From an uncultured Clostridia bacterium (GTDB lineage Bacteria; Bacillota; Clostridia; Christensenellales; Aristaeellaceae), in the NCBI GenBank assembly GCA_947631405.1, contig CANRLC010000004.1, positions 21,635 to 85,634 on the forward strand: a DNA stretch of 64,000 nucleotides, read 5' to 3'. Under the pieces are notes generated by a model, which had not been told where the DNA came from, searched no databases, and saw only the letters and a program-made list of their open reading frames with translations. The position numbers were made by a program, and so were the translations under genes. Positions within the stretch are counted from its first letter, which is position 1. Every line of letters starts with the position of its first letter. This document shows positions 63,314 to 64,000 of this stretch, piece after piece.

Positions 63314-64000
63314 ATGAAAAAGCTCCTTTGTCTGCTGGTTTTGCTGTTCCTCTGCCTCGTCTTCGTGACGTCCGACGCCGCCGCGCTCGCGCTCACCGAT
63401 CAGGCCGGGCGCGAGGTCACGATCGACGCGGAGCCGCAGCGCATCGTCTCGGGCTACTACATCTCCACCTCGGCGTGCATCGCGCTGGGGCTGACGGATC
63501 GCATGGTCGCCATCGAGGCCAAGGCCGACGCGCGGCCGATCTACGCGCTCGCCGCGCCCAGCCTGCTCGATCTGCCAAGCGTCGGCACGGCGAAGGCGTT
63601 CGATTTGGAGGCGTGCCTTGCGGCGGAGCCGGATCTGGTGCTGCTGCCCAAGCGTCTGGCCGACGCGGCGGACGCGCTTGAGGGCTTCGGCATCCCGGCG
63701 CTGCTCGTCGATCCGGAGGACGCCGGGCGGCTGACGGGGATGATCGAGATGATCGGCGCGGCGACGGGCATGGACGAGCGCGCGAATGACCTGATCGGCT
63801 TTATAGACGAGGCGCTGGGCGCGTGCAAGGACGCGCTCTCCGGCGAGGCGCCGGTGACGGCGCTGCTGCTGGGCAACGCCGACCGCATGACCTGCGCCAC
63901 GGGCGACATGTACCAGAGCGCGGTGCTCGAGCAGGCGGGCGCGGTCAACGCGGCCGGCGCGCTTACGGGCGGCTCCTTCGCCGCGATCTCCTACGAGGAT
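63314..64000 (+). CDS. ABC transporter substrate-binding protein (iron-siderophore/cobalamin type, cluster 8), partial at the window edge
   Basis: The signal peptide is MKKLLCLLVLLFLCLV. The pattern ...D..GREVTI...P.RIVS..........LGL.D..V....................PSVG......LE.....PDLV is typical of FecB/BtuF-like binding proteins. The frame is open to position 64000. Confidence 0.65.
   Translation, partial: MKKLLCLLVLLFLCLVFVTSDAAALALTDQAGREVTIDAEPQRIVSGYYISTSACIALGLTDRMVAIEAKADARPIYALAAPSLLDLPSVGTAKAFDLEACLAAEPDLVLLPKRLADAADALEGFGIPALLVDPEDAGRLTGMIEMIGAATGMDERANDLIGFIDEALGACKDALSGEAPVTALLLGNADRMTCATGDMYQSAVLEQAGAVNAAGALTGGSFAAISYED

Overview
The window is GC-rich Firmicutes-type chromosome. Assigning it to Clostridia of the Oscillospiraceae or Ruminococcaceae type is inference only. 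Its core genes include trmD, two murA paralogues, glmS, rpmG-secE-nusG-rplK-rplA, cggR-pgk-tpiA-gpmI, pta-ackA, yceD-rpmF, an FHA-RodA-PBP cell-wall module, glgP and queT. A visibly lower-GC accessory region of about 17.8 kb (17562-35344) sits at a tRNA-Arg(CCG) gene directly after rplA. Three direct copies of the last 46 nt of the tRNA bound it and split it into two tandem integrase-bearing elements. Element 1 (about 13.5 kb) has the gene content of a phage satellite (PICI-like). It carries an integrase, a divergent cI-like/Xis-like switch, a prim-pol/helicase, a ParB-MT-A70 methylase, an RHH/MazF-fold toxin-antitoxin pair with four palindromic operators, its own sigma factor, and an AlpA-like regulator plus a terminase small subunit. 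It has no capsid, tail, large terminase or lysis genes. Element 2 (about 4.2 kb) is a decayed integrative element with an integrase, a Rep_trans fragment, a Cys-rich VLP gene and a serine recombinase. Its broken genes are interrupted only by in-frame TAG codons. Just beyond the last att copy lie a small nuclease-fold ORF and an orphan structured RNA of about 130 nt with its own consensus promoter and terminator. The core chromosome carries a multi-hairpin REP-like repeat family in at least seven intergenic sites, including inside the glycolytic operon. A preQ1-I-type riboswitch with a terminator precedes queT. No CRISPR array, rRNA or transposase was seen. All calls come from reading the sequence and ORF translations; no database search was run.
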